A DNA stretch of 64,000 nucleotides from positions 431,004-495,003 of the forward strand of contig RHPI01003009.1 in the NCBI GenBank assembly GCA_009103225.1. Reading direction: 5' to 3'. This stretch comes from Chlorokybus atmophyticus. Its lineage: Eukaryota > Plantae > Mesostigma and Chlorokybus algae. Numbering within the stretch: position 1 is the stretch's first letter; every line of letters begins with the position of its first letter. The notes below the pieces were generated by a model. That model was not told the origin of the DNA. It saw only the letters and a list, made by a program, of their open reading frames with translations, and did no database searches. The position numbers and the translations under genes were made by a program. Shown piece after piece: positions 49,132 to 64,000 of this stretch.

Positions 49132-52100
49132 ATGGACTCCAAGCCTCCCCTGCGTGTTGTGATCGCGGGCGCGGGTCCGGCCGGCCTGCTGCTGGCGCAA
49201 CTGTTGCTTCAGCGCAACACGAGCGGGCGAGAGCGGTTCGAGGTCACGCTGTGCGAGGCGCGCGGGGACCCGAGAGACTTGCCGCCAGAGGTGCATGAGA
49301 TAACCTTTGGTTTCAACTTGAATGTTTAGTCTTGTTGTGTCCAATGTCGTCGGCTTGTTTTGAAATGCTGTGTTGGTTTGGTGCGATGTCGTACAGATGC
49401 GCGTTGGTGTGTTTTGTTTTCATTTCGTAAAGTGTCGTGAGGTTTAGGTTGTTGCTTTCGGTCTGTTTGCTGCTGCTGGTGTGTTGGTTGGTTGTTTGCA
49501 TATGGATGTTGTACTCTGTCACGGTTGAGCTGCCAGTCTGTGGTTTGTTGCTGCTTCAGTCCCTTTTCTGTTGCTTATGTTTTCAGTTGCTTTGTTGACA
49601 TGTGTGGCGATGCTGTTGTGGCCTTGTTCTTGCCTCTGGATATGACATCAACGTACCGTGATGTGAATTGAGTTGCTGTCGAAGACGCACATGTACACAC
49701 ACGCTCGCACACATCCTCATCCATGATCCCTTCGCCATGCAGATGGTGAAGCGCTTTGGGCTTGGGCTGAGCGCGCGCGCGCAGTCGGCGATGTCGAGCG
49801 TGGAGGGCCTGTGGGACGCCATCGTGCGCGACAGCGGCGTGCGTCTCTCGCGTTTCAACACGGTGAGCGCATGTGATTGTCATGACTCTCACGCACGCAC
49901 ATGTGATTATTTGTTTTGGTCGTTGTCAGAACAGTGACTATACAGGCTATGCAGGCTTGGCGTATGGGTTATATAGTACATGCGTGGGTATAGTACATGC
50001 GTGGGTATAGTACATGTATGGGTTATATAGTACATGCGTTACAAGTAGTTGTATGTGCCAGTCTCGCCATCGACTGCAGCATCAGCGCAAGGGTCCTTCC
50101 CTTGGCACGCATCTCTTGTAAAGTGTGCGTAACATAACACGTTGCCTATGGATCTGTGCAATGCCAGCAGCATCATTTATCATCATTTGCCAGCGCCATT
50201 AACAGGCATCGTGTACCATTCACGTTAGATGGTTGGTCAAGATCCTAATTGGCACTACGTGCCACGGCCCAAACAGTATCATGTCTTGAGTACATGTAAC
50301 CTCCTCCATAGCAAAGCCTCACACACCACATTGTTGTTGTTGTTGTGCACACAGCTTCAGCCCGATGGCTCGCTCAAAGGTCCCCCGACAAGATTGACCA
50401 ACTGTCTGGTGGACCGCGTGGCCCTGTCGAAGACGATGCTGAACGCGTTGTTGCAAAGGCACCCGCAGGCTGACATCCGCTTCAACTGGAGGTTGTTGGA
50501 AGTCAGTAGTAGCAAGCTCATCACACTCCTAAGCGGTTGTTGTTGTGTGTCGGACACACAACAACCACTCACCCCACACATGCACATGCACGCACAAGCA
50601 AATTTAACATGCATGCGCGTGTGCACTTGTGCAACCAACTACACACCTATGCGCGCACACGCGCGCAGTTGCACACCAAACAGACAACAATCAATTCACA
50701 CGCACATACACACACGTTGTAGCTATGTTGTTCCAGGTTGAAGAGCGTCGATTTCTCCACGCGCACGGCCCTCTTCTCCACAGCTTCTGGTAATGAGGCG
50801 GAGGAGTCCCTGCGTTACGATCTGTTGGTCGGCGCGGACGGCGTGCGGTCGGCCGTGCGCCAAGCTATGGCGGATGCTGGAGTGGAGTGCCGGGTACGGG
50901 ACCTGAACGCCAACTGGAAGGTGAGACACACGCACGCACGCACGCACGCGTACACACGTATTACACACAGACACGCGGACGCATGAGCACACGTACCCCG
51001 CACACGGATGCGCGTGCATGTGCCTGCAAGCACACATACACGCACGCGCGCATGCAGACTTTTTATGAACACGTGTGTGTTGGGGAGCGCATAACATCCA
51101 GGCCAAGGCTCTCACATACCATACACATACAATCAACACTGTTCTTCACTGGTCAGGCTTTGCACATCCCTCGTAAGCCCGACCCTCCGCTCAACGAGTC
51201 TTGCGCAGTCCGCATCCCCTACAAGTGAGCTTTGCTTACTTCTGCAAGCCCTACTGAGCGTTGCTTGTTGGTTGTTGGTTGGTTGCTTGTTTTCAAGTAC
51301 CGTGTGACACACTACGCGTACGCGTACGCTTTACGCAGAGAGCCCGCGGTGGAGGTGGTGAAAGGCTACCCGTCGCAAGCGTCACTCAACCTCATACCTT
51401 GCCAGGACGGCACGTACATCCTGCTATGCTTCACCAGGTGCATCCTGTTGATGCGTGTCTCTGTTTTCCACTTACTCATTGCCAACAGTGTTTATCTTAT
51501 ATACGATACATACATAGCATGTATGCCCCGTACTGGAGAGGTTGTGCGTCACGTGCTACATGCGGTGTCATGTGAAAGAATTGTGATGCGTGCGTGCGTG
51601 CGTGCGTGCGTGTCTGCGTATCTCTCTACACACACATATGTAACAGTACAGTACTCCAGAGGATGTGGATGGATGTGTCATTCGTGTATGCTCTGTATGG
51701 TCAGTCCCTGGACCGAGCCGCTTGCCCTCTGGCGCAAGTCCCCGTCCGAGCTTCGCGACTGGTTCAACGCGCGCGTGCCGTTCCTGTCCATGACCGAGCG
51801 GGAGGCGGCGGCCGTCCTGGAAAGCAAAGCCTCGCCCACACTGGAGGTACGCGGGCTATAGGTGTGGTAGTTGAGTTTCAAGTCAGCAAGCGAGTTGTGA
51901 GTCCGCTGGATACTTGCCTGGGTACGACAGCTCATGTCATGTACGTAAACACACAGTGACACAGGCACACATGTGTGCATGAGCGCGCATGCGTGCGTGA
52001 TGGTGCGCAGAGGCACATTTGCACACATGTACACGCATACACGCACGCACGCATATGAATGTATGACATTTGTGCACACAACTGCACGCACGCATATGGC

Positions 52101-53192
52101 TGTGTAGAGCAGAGCACATATGCACCCACACGTACGTCGATACAACAATACGTAACGCATCCAGGTGACGTGCGGCGCGTACCACCACGCGTCCGGTCGC
52201 GCCCTCCTGGCCGGCGACGCCGCGCACGCCATGTCGTCGGCCCTCTCGATGGGATGCAACACCGCGCTCCTCGACGTCGCCGCAATCGCACGCCTGCTGG
52301 ACGAGCACGAGGACGACGTCGAGGAGGTGGGGAGGAGGGGGGTGTTGGTGTTGGTGGTCGTGATGTTGTGTGTGTGTGCCTCTCGCGCTCGCTTACTTCC
52401 AAACAAAGCCTTCACTTACTCGTGTCTCGCATGCACAGACTATATGACGTGTATCATCATCAACATGTCATGTCGTGTGTTGCCCGACGATGACTCACAT
52501 TCCCAAGTGCTCATCCTCTACCACTCAACCATACTACCCACCACAGCTTTCATTCTCTTTCTCTCCTTCACAGGTCCTATCCTCCTACTCCCGCGAGCGC
52601 GTCCCGGAGGGCCGTGCGGCTGCAGCCATATCGTTGGCGGGTTTCCCCCAGCAGAAGTGGGTCGGCGCGCTGTTCGTCGCGTACACGCTGATCACCACGG
52701 CGTTGTACAAGGTGGCGCCGAGCGTGGCGCCGCAACCCATATTCGATATGCTGTTCCAGGTGAGAGTGTGGTGGTTTACTTGTGTTTTGTTCTTGTGCAT
52801 GTGTCAACACGTAGTACGTTGGTGGAAGGGAGTTGAGAGATTGGATGCATCTTGGCATGCATGAATGGACGCTCGCAACGTCATCAATACATGCATGGGG
52901 AGTCATCAGGTTATTGTCGTCAACAGACTGAGTGGTTGAACGAGTGCGTGATTAACTTGTTGGAATATGAACCGACTGTTGCATGCGTACATGTCTCTCA
53001 TGACTTGTGTTGTGTTGCGTGCAGACGGACAAGCCCTTTGCGCAAGTGCTGTCGTCCCACCGCCTTTGGTTCGCCCTCATCATGCGCGCGAACGGCGGGT
53101 ACATCCGCCGTGCCGAGGAAGCGTGGAAGGCGACGATGGCGACAGCCGAGTCGCGCGAAGCGCGTGATGCCAAAGAGGCAAAGTCAGCATAA
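49132..53192 (+). CDS. FAD-dependent monooxygenase (kynurenine 3-monooxygenase / aromatic hydroxylase-like), intact, ~474 aa
   Basis: Ten exons (49132-49290, 49743-49862, 50355-50491, 50737-50920, 51157-51224, 51339-51437, 51705-51846, 52165-52326, 52574-52759, 53025-53192) splice into one open frame. Motifs GAGPAG, DLLVGADG and LAGDAAHAM..LSMGCN. Confidence 0.88.
49965..50040. repeat. Intronic minisatellite, ~17 bp unit ATAGTACATGCGTGGGT x4
   Basis: Read directly from the sequence; absent from copy A. Confidence 0.8.
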
Positions 53193-53320
53193 GCTCATAC
53201 TGTTTGTTGGGTACTGTCGTGATTCGTTGATAGGTATACATGTGCATTGGCGCACTTCATAAGGGGATAAGATGCATGAATACCATGGTACTTGTATGTA
53301 AAAAGTTGTAGTAAACACAA

Positions 53321-54541
53321 TCAGATGTTTTTCCTTAGTATTGATGTCGTGGCTGTTGTCTTTGGGCCGTTTGGAGGCACGAAGCGCGGCACAGCTCCCA
53401 GTCTTTGCCTCTCGCGCTGCGTGCACACAAAGCACCGATTGTGTCTGTCTGTGTTTGTGATGAGTAATGAATGCGCTTTCATGGGTAAGTTTCAGTTGAT
53501 AACCATGCCACGCAAGCAGAATATGGTGCAACTGCAAGTTCGCTCACGTCTCGGGCCTCTTTCTCCTCCTTCAGACGCAAGGCCAAGGGGTCCGGCACGT
53601 ACTCGGGGAAGCGCGCGAACGCTCCCTGCGCACCCTGCGCGTGTACATGTGTGAATGCTCGTCAAGTGGGACACGCACGGCAACAGCATGCATCACACAG
53701 CATGCAGTCGGTGTGTGGCTTGCACGCTTAAGAGCGCGCATATCCACGCGCACAAATGCGCAAAGATGTCTCACCGATCGTGGTGGATGGCTTGGCCTGA
53801 ACGGCGTCAAGCCCTTCTCTGTCTGCGGCCGAGGGTTGGGACCCATCTCTGCATCAGATTGCCCCATGAGTCAAGATGTAGTGAAAGCCAACCTCTCCAA
53901 GTTGATTGTTCTAGAATTCTCAGCTGCACCGGAGACACACGCGCACACATGCGGTCTCTCACCAATGTAGTCTGGGTCTTTGTGAGGCGCGGGCATCCCC
54001 GGCGGCCTGAAAGCCTTTTCGGACACGCGCTTCTTGATGGACAGCAGACTGTCGTCCTGCAACGAACAAACACAACAACTGCATGAGATACTGATGCAAC
54101 AACGCGTGCTTGTATCTGTGTTTGTGCCTGGGTTCGTGTGCATGTGCGTGTAACTGCCAGCGCGTGTGCGTGTGTGTGCGCACTCGCACTGGATGCAATA
54201 ACGAGCGACACACTTTCGGCTCGTCAGCTCATCACTCACTCATTAGCGCACTCTTGCACTCACCCTCATCTTCTTGCGATAGGCGTCATAGTCGTCCGCG
54301 GCATACAGATACTCCCCAGCAACCTTCACACAACATCACAAGTCTAGGATTGATGATCAAGACTGAGATGTGACAATGTGGGGCAGATTGTCATTGCCAG
54401 ATGACCATCCAGCGAACAAGACTCGTTGACCTCTGCATACGTGCGCGCACACTTGCACGCACTCGCGCTTACGCTCACGCTCACGCTCACGCACACAGAC
54501 ACATGCTATAGTGATACACAGCAACAACGCCATCATCATCT

Positions 54542-54573
<32 letters not shown>

Positions 54574-56069
54574 CATTATTTCTCACCCCTCCCGTCCCGT
54601 GTCGTTCCGACACGGTCGTCCCCGGCACCCCGAACGTGCCCCTCTTGCCGGGGGAGGACACTACGTTGCGTGGTTCGTGGACGATACCGCCACCGCCGGG
54701 ACCGCGCTTCTTCGCCTGCTTGTGTTGAATGTTGCGAACGAGCTCTGTGTGATCGTGTTGGACATGTTGGGGATGAGACTTCTCCCACTTACCAAGTGGT
54801 CGATCTCGGGCTCGTGCGGCCACGCCTTGCCGATACTGCCCTCGTAACTTCCCAAACCAGTGCTGCCAGACAACTGAGAGTTGAACGCGAAAGTCGGGTT
54901 GGGTGTGCGCGTGCGCGAGATAGTCAACCACACGTGCAATCCTCAATTGCCACTGACGTCCTACAATCCTTTCCTCACCTCCTTTTCAATGGGCTGGCGG
55001 GCTTAAACGCTGCTGTTGCCACATTGCTGGACCGCAGGGTCTGCGTGCGCATACGCATTGGGGGGGGAGGGGGGGGCAATTGGTGCATGGCGTAGTGCCA
55101 ATGTGAACTACAACATCAGCAACAACATGACGATGTTGTGCAAGTGGCGCATTCATGAGCTTTAGGCTTTACCTCCAGCATGGCGAGCCTCTCCTTGTAG
55201 GGCCTCTCATACGGCACACCCTGCGTGGGTAGAAACAATGTATCAGACACATGTTGTGCACGCACGCACACGCACACGCTGCGTGCTGATGACACACAGA
55301 CATAGTGCGCTCCCGCACCGACGTCACCACTCACCTGCGACAGTGGCCTGAACTTGTCGAATGTGGCGTCCGTGAGCTTGCCGGTCTTGTTGCCGCCGCG
55401 CGTGCGGAAGCCAACGCCGCCCCAACGCGCGGTACGGTTCGTCTCACCCGCAGCTGCACGCGCACGTGTGGGTATGCGTGCACGTGCGCGTGCGCGTGCG
55501 TGTGCGAATGCCTGTGCGTGTGCGTGCACGTGTGTGTCTCAAGGGATGGCAGTAGTGGTATGCTCATAGTACTCATGGTAGTAGTGGTGGTGGTAATATA
55601 TTTACTGATGTGGTAGTATATGTTGGTAGTAGTAATGGCGGTGATCTAATGCATCGTGAGTTGACAGTAGTTGTAGTGAACTAGTGCCGCCACTACTACT
55701 GTGAAACCAGCAAATGCTGATCGAGTGAGTTCCAGTGTGGGGTTGACAAAGTGTGTGCGCCGAGTAACTTACACGCAATTTTCTGTCTTTCTTCCCTGAT
55801 CTGAATCCATCTAAGACTGATTTGACTTGTTTGCCAACTCCAATGACGTGCACGGTACCAACACAGATGCAATCTTGAAACAAAGCCGCTGAGTGTCAAG
55901 CCAACAACAGCGTGGTAACAAGGCCCCATGTGAATTCATCACATTTGGACGTGATGAACGACTATACTGTGCATAACAGCAACACCAAAGACTCACTGTT
56001 TGGTTTGTCATAGGTGTCCCCCAGCCCGATGAAGCCCGGCTCCTCAAAGAACCCATACTTGGTAGTCAT
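53321..56069 (-). CDS. CFAP96: Cilia- and flagella-associated protein 96-like (C4orf47 / UPF0602 family)
   Basis: Spliced exons give MTTKYGFFEEPGFIGLGDTYDK, GKLTDATFDKFRPLSQGVPYERP, FKPASPLKRSTGLGSYEGSIG, EPRNVVSSPGKRGTFG, GEYLYAADDYD, FARFPEYVPDP and FVPPNGPKTTATTSILRKNI*, matching the motif pattern I recall for this family. Exon 2 is uncertain. Confidence 0.75.
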
Positions 56070-56976
56070 TGTGGGAGTGTGTGTGGGTGTGTGAGTGGGT
56101 GAGTGTGGGGTTTCCTGTGAGCTGGGTTTCACAATTGACACAGCCCTATCTGATCAAAGCAAAACTGAGGTGGGGAGTAACAGCAGCGATGGTGACTGCT
56201 CATAGCCACATCATCAGTCATGTTGCAGTGTTGACATTGCTATGCTACAGTCGCTGATGGCTCATTACGTGGTTGGTTTGTACTGACACTATGTTTATTA
56301 GATCACAATCTCTCTACGTGTGTAGGCAGAGGAGTTGAGTAGTGTGTATCTCAAAAACAGGTGCTTTGCCTGAAGGTGTTGGGGTCACACTCACGCTCGC
56401 AAACCACACACACACGCACACACCCCTACACACCCTGTTGGGGGTCAGCCCTTGTGGGCTTAGATAGTATCAACTTGCACTTATATAGGCTTGTACGTCA
56501 CCACAGCAATGGTACGACACTCTCAAACAGAGACCAAAAGGCATCACGTGACGTAATGGAAAACTTCCTGTATGGCGCTGCCAGTCGCCTTTCGTGTCAT
56601 ATTTTGCGGCCAGTCATGTAAGCCGATATCGGTGTGGGTCTTAACAAACCGCTGCTGCAGACTAGTAAGAACGAACTGTCTGCAGTTAGTTGGTAGGGCG
56701 GCCTACGTGGCGGCGGCGGCGGCGCCTTCGTTGTCGTTGTCGGGTGGCTGGTTTGGGAGGCGACCTATTGCGGCTCTAGCAATTATTAAGTTCAAGGTGG
56801 AACGCTTGTGCCATACAGCAGGAGGGAAACTGTCGTTGCGCCTCCCTCGCCACTGCTAGCTGTCTGCAAACTTACCTGGCCAGGCCACTGAGACCTGGAA
56901 CCAGGCCAGACGCTCTCTTCGGACCGACCGAGATCAGGCCAGCCCAAGCGGTACGTGAGAGTAAGGGTTTGCATGC

Positions 56977-58928
56977 ATGGGCAACGTGGGCGGGAAGGAG
57001 GAGTCGCCGCAACAGGGCGAGACGACTACATCAACCTCCACTTTCTCCTCCGCTGCTGCCGCCGGCAGCAGTGAGGCCGGCGGAGGAGAAAGCGGAGGAG
57101 GAGCAGGGGGAGCAGGGGGAGGGAAGAGCGTGCCTGAGAAGGTGCACGAGCTGTATTACCGAGTGTTTCCGGGCGCCAACTGCCCCGTCACAGGCGGCGC
57201 CTCCAGCAGCGATTCCCCTGGCGACAACAAGCAGCAGGTTAGGACTGGAAGAGCTCCTTCAGGGTTTCTGTCTATTGCGATTGCTTATGTCGTTGTGTGG
57301 TTGGTATGTTAAGGTTGCGTGATATGACTAGGCATCAGGCATTTGTTGGGAGCGTCGAGCTTCACCTAACAAACTGTTGCTGTGTTGGGTTTGTCATCTC
57401 ACATTTGCTGCCCAATTTTTCTTGTGCGTTTTGCTCGTTGTTATCTCACCTGCATGTTTGCACAGTTGTCACTCAGCTCATCTCATGCACCCGTCATCAA
57501 TTATTGTATATATCAGCAACCAGCCCCGCAAAGTGCTTGTTGTTACTCACACATCCGGTTTTGTCCATCGCAGGATGGCAACGCTGCCGAGTACGAGCAC
57601 CCCTACCAGTACAACGTGTACGGCGAGCGCGTCGATCCCGCTGCCAAGCTGGAGGGCGCCGTCCCGCCAGAGAAGCTCCTCGCACCCCCCGCGTGGGTGT
57701 ACGCGCCCGCCATACTGGCGGAGAGACTGGAACTGCAGCAGAGAAGGGAACGGATAAACCCAGCAAATATGGTGAGTGCAAGGGTTTGTGTGGGATGTTA
57801 TGTGCGAGCACTCCATGTGTGGGCATGTGTAGTGTCTTGTCTGTGTGCATTGAACGCATGCATACCTGCACGCGTCTACCTAGTCAACCGTGTGCGATGT
57901 AGCTGTAGATGTATCGCTACACAATCCCTGTTGCGCACGTGCATGAGGTTGTACCAAAGCAGGGGCGAACGTGCGTGCGTGCTCGTGTGTCACACAAACC
58001 ACGTTGTCTGATCAGTTTCGCCATGTTGTAAACTTGCTCAGATGCCTTTGGAGCCCAACCAGCGTCCCGCCCCGGACCAGAAGGAGCCGTTGTCCCGCGA
58101 CCGCGTGCGCTCGTCTATCCCCAAGGCCGGCACGCGCGAGGACGCGTGGGTGTACCCGTCGCCGCAGATGTTCTTCAACTCGCTGAAAAGGAAGGGGAAG
58201 GCCGACGACGTTACGGAAGCGGACATGGAGGTGTGTACACTCGATGGATCAGTCGTTCTGATCTGAGCAGTGCTGAAGCTTAAGGGCGGTTGTGCATTAA
58301 AACTAGATGTTGCGTACAGTGTGTCACATGCACGCAGATATGCATGCGCTTTGCGTGTTGGGTTGATGATGATGTGTTGTGACCGGTTCATGAACGCAGC
58401 CACACGCATGCGCACACGTACACAAATCTGCTTGTACGTGTCTGCTACGATTTGTTCTACACTACACCATGTGTCATACTCATATAACATACGCGTCTCG
58501 CATCTCACAGGTTGTTGTGGCGACGCACAACACGATGAACGAGATCACCTGGCAGCGCGCCCTCGAATGGGAATCTCTCTACGGTCACCTCCGTCCCGAC
58601 CTCGCTCCTTACCCACCCAAACTCCTGCACTTCCGCGGCCGCCCTCACGACTTATCTCCCAAAGCTCGCGTGTACACATTTCTCGGCTTGCGCTCCAAAC
58701 CCTTTGATCGCCACGATTGGGTCATTGACAGAGGTGGCCGCGAGTTCAGATACGTGATTGATTTCTACTTTGATGAGGAGAAAGCGGGGAGACCAGAGGC
58801 GTTTGACATTGATCTGAGGCCCGCGTTGGACTCGCCGCAAGCCGCGTGGTTGAGGGTGAGGATGGGGATGGAGGAGATGAAGAGGAGGATGGGGTTGGGT
58901 ACGATGCTGGAGGGGGGGAGGGGAGAGG
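56977..58928 (+). CDS. HCCS: Holocytochrome c synthase (cytochrome c/c1 heme lyase); 3' end lost in the N gap
   Basis: Exons 56977-57237, 57574-57771, 58042-58230 and 58511-gap. Motifs CPV, WVYPSPQMFFNSLKRKG, HNTMNEITW, FRGRP, PFDRHDW, RYVIDFY and RPALDS. Confidence 0.93.
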
Positions 58929-60182
58929 NNNNNNNNNNNNNNNNNNNNNNNNNNNNNNNNNNNNNNNNNNNNNNNNNNNNNNNNNNNNNNNNNNNNNNNN
59001 NNNNNNNNNNNNNNNNNNNNNNNNNNNNNNNNNNNNNNNNNNNNNNNNNNNNNNNNNNNNNNNNNNNNNNNNNNNNNNNNNNNNNNNNNNNNNNNNNNNN
59101 NNNNNNNNNNNNNNNNNNAGGGGGGGAGGGGAGAGGTGGGGGTGGGGGTGGGGTCGGCTGCAGGGAGGGATGATGCGCGCGCGTGAGGGGTTGTTGTTGA
59201 GGTGAGGTGGGTGAATTGGCTAAGTATCTGTTTTGGGTAGTAGAGGTAGGTAGGATTGTTATGCTACAATTTTGTTGTGGGAGTGTTGGTGCCATAATTG
59301 CGCGGCTTCTGTGATGAAGCTGGTCGCAGGCATGAATTAGGTAGTAGCTATGAAGCAATTGAAGAGTGCAGAGTGAGATGTTCGACATTGAGACATAGGC
59401 AACATTGTCAGATGACAATGTTCGGGGGCGAAGTCAGGCTTTCTTGTGAACTAGCTGCCATGTGTGATGTGTGCGACACTCAGATGGTGTACAAGAGATA
59501 GTATGCTAGATTGGTGGCATGCATGGTGTCAAACGCACGCCAAGTCATGCATAGCAGCACATGGCACATGCAGTCTCATGCCAACACTGCACACCACTCA
59601 GTCACCATGTGCTATGACCAGCTACAGTAAGTCTTTTCTGGTTGACGAATGCATTAGTGTGACTACTTGCTGTCTCACAATTGCTGCCTCACAATTGCTG
59701 CGACGTTGTTGAATCCATACTCATAGCAATGTTACACTGCTGTAAGTGACTCGCCTTCATAATGCAGACTGATCATCGTGCGTGCTGCGACAAGCATTCA
59801 CACAAGTCATGTCACTTGACTAGCTTGGCGTCATGTGTAACGCTTGAAGAGCCAAAATTGTACACATGATAGGACACTGTGATCCCTCTCGAGCAGGCTG
59901 CTAGCCCAAGCTGCAGCACCCTAGCCACTATAAACTGCTTGGTGAGGTGTGCAATAGGGTGCGTGCAATGCTGGTGTGCATGTGGCATGGGGTTGCCTGT
60001 ACACAACAGCACGTCATATGTCTTGTACAGTAAGCGTCCAACACGATTCAGGTTACCAGTGTTGGCAGCATCAAGGTTGGTGACAACCTGTGTCAAGGCG
60101 AGATGAACACCACCTTCACCTGTTGTTAACACCAAGCACACCAGACGCGCATCAGACTGGCAATTGCATAACTTAGTAGTTG

Positions 60183-61529
<1,347 letters not shown>

Positions 61530-63138
61530 CGTTATTGAGTGTAGTAACACGGACTTGTGTCAAGCAGTCCGCATCACAATCTAACAAACATACGACGTTC
61601 AATGCACTCCTGTCAACCATTCACGCAAGTTACATTTGTCAAGGATGACGCTATCCAATCAAGAAAGCATGACAGCCCACACTGGCTTGCACATATGTAC
61701 CATGTCCTTACAAACAGCACATATATCCAAGTACTGACAGAAGCCCCAACCCACATTGCCAATGCATGAATGCGTTACACAGCTTCTTGTCATAGACGAT
61801 ACGCTTCAGGTTTCTGCTGGAAACAGCGTTCACCAAGGTGCAAGCACTGGAATTGCACTCGTTTATACAAACACCCTCAGCCCATACCACGCAGGCTCAC
61901 CACTGCTTATTGGCGTAGTGGCAGCAGCTCGCATCCAGGTGCTAGCAACACCTCTGGGCAGTGCCGCCGCCGCCGAACGCATCCGTGAGCGCTATGATAC
62001 TCCTCCCCCACCCTGCTCCTTCAACCACCTGTCCTCCTCGCCGTCCTCCTCGTCCTCGTCCTCCTCCACCGCCGCCAAGCAGCAGCCCTACCCTAATTCA
62101 CACTGGTTCACTGATCGCAGCTTCAGTTGCTCACCTGCGTTCGGTGAAACTCCTGTCCCAACGGGATCACATCACTGAACCCAACAGCACTGATCCCCGG
62201 ATCACAAAGCTGTCACTCAGTCAGCAATCAGCAACAGTGATCCTGCTGAGGTGGCGGGGGCGGCGGCCGTGCTGGAGGCGGCGGGGGTGGTGGTGGAAGA
62301 TACGGTGGTAGTGGTGGTGCGGGCTTGAGTAGTTGTTGTAATCAGGAGGAAGGAAATTCTTGAAGTTGTCAGCTTGGGTGCAAAGCGGAGCACAATGAGC
62401 AAGGTCAGTGAGTCGTTGGCTCGCTGATTGCATGCCCTTGCATGCATGCTTGCTCGATTGCTTGCTTGCTTCTGTGTGCAACAACTTTAGCTGTAGAGTG
62501 TCTCTTCAGCGTGCAGTCAGTGGGTTAGTGCGCTGTTAGCTGCTTGCTTGTCCCTCTCTGCAATGACAATTGGGTCGCAACGTCACGCAAGGTCGCTGCT
62601 CGCTTCTAGGCTGCTGAATGCTTTTGGTGCTTGTTAGTTTGCTTGTGTGCAAATTGCAGAATCAGTAAGTGCTGTTTACAACTTACAACTCAATGTCAAT
62701 TAGCTGAGTAGCTTCACTGCATGCACCATGCGCAAATCATATATCAAACATATGTAAACTATACTAGGTGACTTGTACGCGGTGTACACGCAATCACGTG
62801 TGTAGATGTTTGATGCGTGCTCATGCAGCTGTTACGGCGCATAACATGTCACAACTCAAACAACATCAATGTACTAGGGCTTAGTTACAGGCACTTGTGA
62901 GACATCTGCCAAGCTACAGTATGTAATTGTCTTGAAATATTGTAGACAATATATAACACCTGGCTTTTTGAGTGACACATATCTCATGCCGACACTACCA
63001 CCATCAGCATGCGGGCCAAAGACTGGATGCTACCAACCAAAAGTACCTTTTGACGCGTGTGTACTGATTTCGTGTACTGAGTTTTTGTTGATTAGACACC
63101 AGACTAGTCTGTGTCAATTGCCCCTTTCGCGTTTGCAG

Positions 63139-63276
63139 GAATTGCTTTTCTTGCCGGCTTTGCGGCTGGTCCAAAGAGTGGTGGACTGGCTGCCGCCGGA
63201 CCTGGTGGCAAAGGCCAGCTCAGAGCCTTATGACTGGATGCTCAGCGCCACAGCCTCTATGGTCACTTGCATTCTG
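63139..63276 (+). CDS. Isolated internal exon of an unidentified gene
   Basis: TTTGCAG acceptor, 138-nt open exon (ELLFLPALRLVQRVVDWLPPDLVAKASSEPYDWMLSATASMVTCIL), GTAAGG donor, followed by a TG-rich intron. Confidence 0.5.
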
Positions 63277-64000
63277 GTAAGGGGAAGAGCAACTCAGGTA
63301 TTCAGACAGTGTGCGCATGTGTGTGGGTGTGCATGCATGCGCCCACGCGCGGCTGCGTGCGTGTGTCTGCATGCGTGTGCAAGTTCTTTGTGCTGCGCAC
63401 GCATGAGGTTTTGAAACGCGTGCGCACGTGCGTGCACATGCATGTACGCTCGCACGCTCAAGTGCGCGCGCGTGCGTGCGTGTGGCGCACATGGTGGTGG
63501 TGGTGGTGTGTGTGTTGGGTGGGTGGGTGCGTGGGGGGGGGGGGNNNNNNNNNNNNNNNNNNNNNNNNNNNNNNNNNNNNNNNNNNNNNNNNNNNNNNNN
63601 NNNNNNNNNNNNNNNNNNNNNNNNNNNNNNNNNNNNNNNNNNNNNNNNNNNNNNNNNNNNNNNNNNNNNNNNNNNNNNNNNNNNNNNNNNNNNNNNNNNN
63701 NNNNNNNNNNNNNNNNNNNNNNNNNNNNNNNNNNNNNNNNNNNNNNNNNNNNNNNNNNNNNNNNNNNNNNNNNNNNNNNNNNNNNNNNNNNNNNNNNNNN
63801 NNNNNNNNNNNNNNNNNNNNNNNNNNNNNNNNNNNNNNNNNNNNNNNNNNNNNNNNNNNNTGGGTGCGTGGGGGGGGGGGGTGGTAGGAGGGTTGATGCT
63901 CAGGGTGGTGGAGATGGAGTGAGACTGCATGCGAGCATGACCACTCAACATGTTGATCAGATTTGTACACATCTCGTTTGGGTTTTTTCGTAGGTGTTCT

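Larger units (their letters stand above)
43735..55640. repeat. Segmental duplication, copy B
   Basis: Colinear paralog of 18088-~34420, without the copia insertion. Confidence 0.9.

Noticed and set aside
61756-62450. Overlapping ORFs on both strands (acidic EEDEDEED on minus, Ser/Pro-rich on plus)
   Set aside because: Probably part of a gene, but strand and frame cannot be decided from low-complexity sequence; not annotated.

Overview
This is a eukaryotic, intron-rich draft-genome window with GT-AG introns, (CA)n/(TG)n-rich introns and several N gaps. A ciliary CFAP96-like gene, a system III holocytochrome c synthase and algal-type LTR elements are consistent with a green alga or another flagellate protist, but the taxon cannot be fixed from sequence alone. 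Left third (1-17.2 kb): a transposon nest. A decayed Ty3/gypsy chromovirus (5624-17226) carries a Dam-like N6-adenine methyltransferase-like domain between gag and protease. Its 5' LTR is split by a ~4.8 kb CAC-terminated DNA-transposon-like insertion full of palindromic repeats. Middle (18-55.6 kb): a ~12 kb three-gene block (alpha/beta hydrolase, FAD monooxygenase, CFAP96-like) is present twice, and the copies have decayed reciprocally. Copy A also holds a young, intact Ty1/copia element. A 9 kb unique segment with an intron-poor LRR-Roc-COR (Roco) gene sits between the two copies. Right end: holocytochrome c synthase, an RlmE/MRM2-type rRNA methyltransferase and an unidentified exon. All family calls are motif recognition by eye; no database searches were run, and identities quoted are visual estimates unless stated otherwise.
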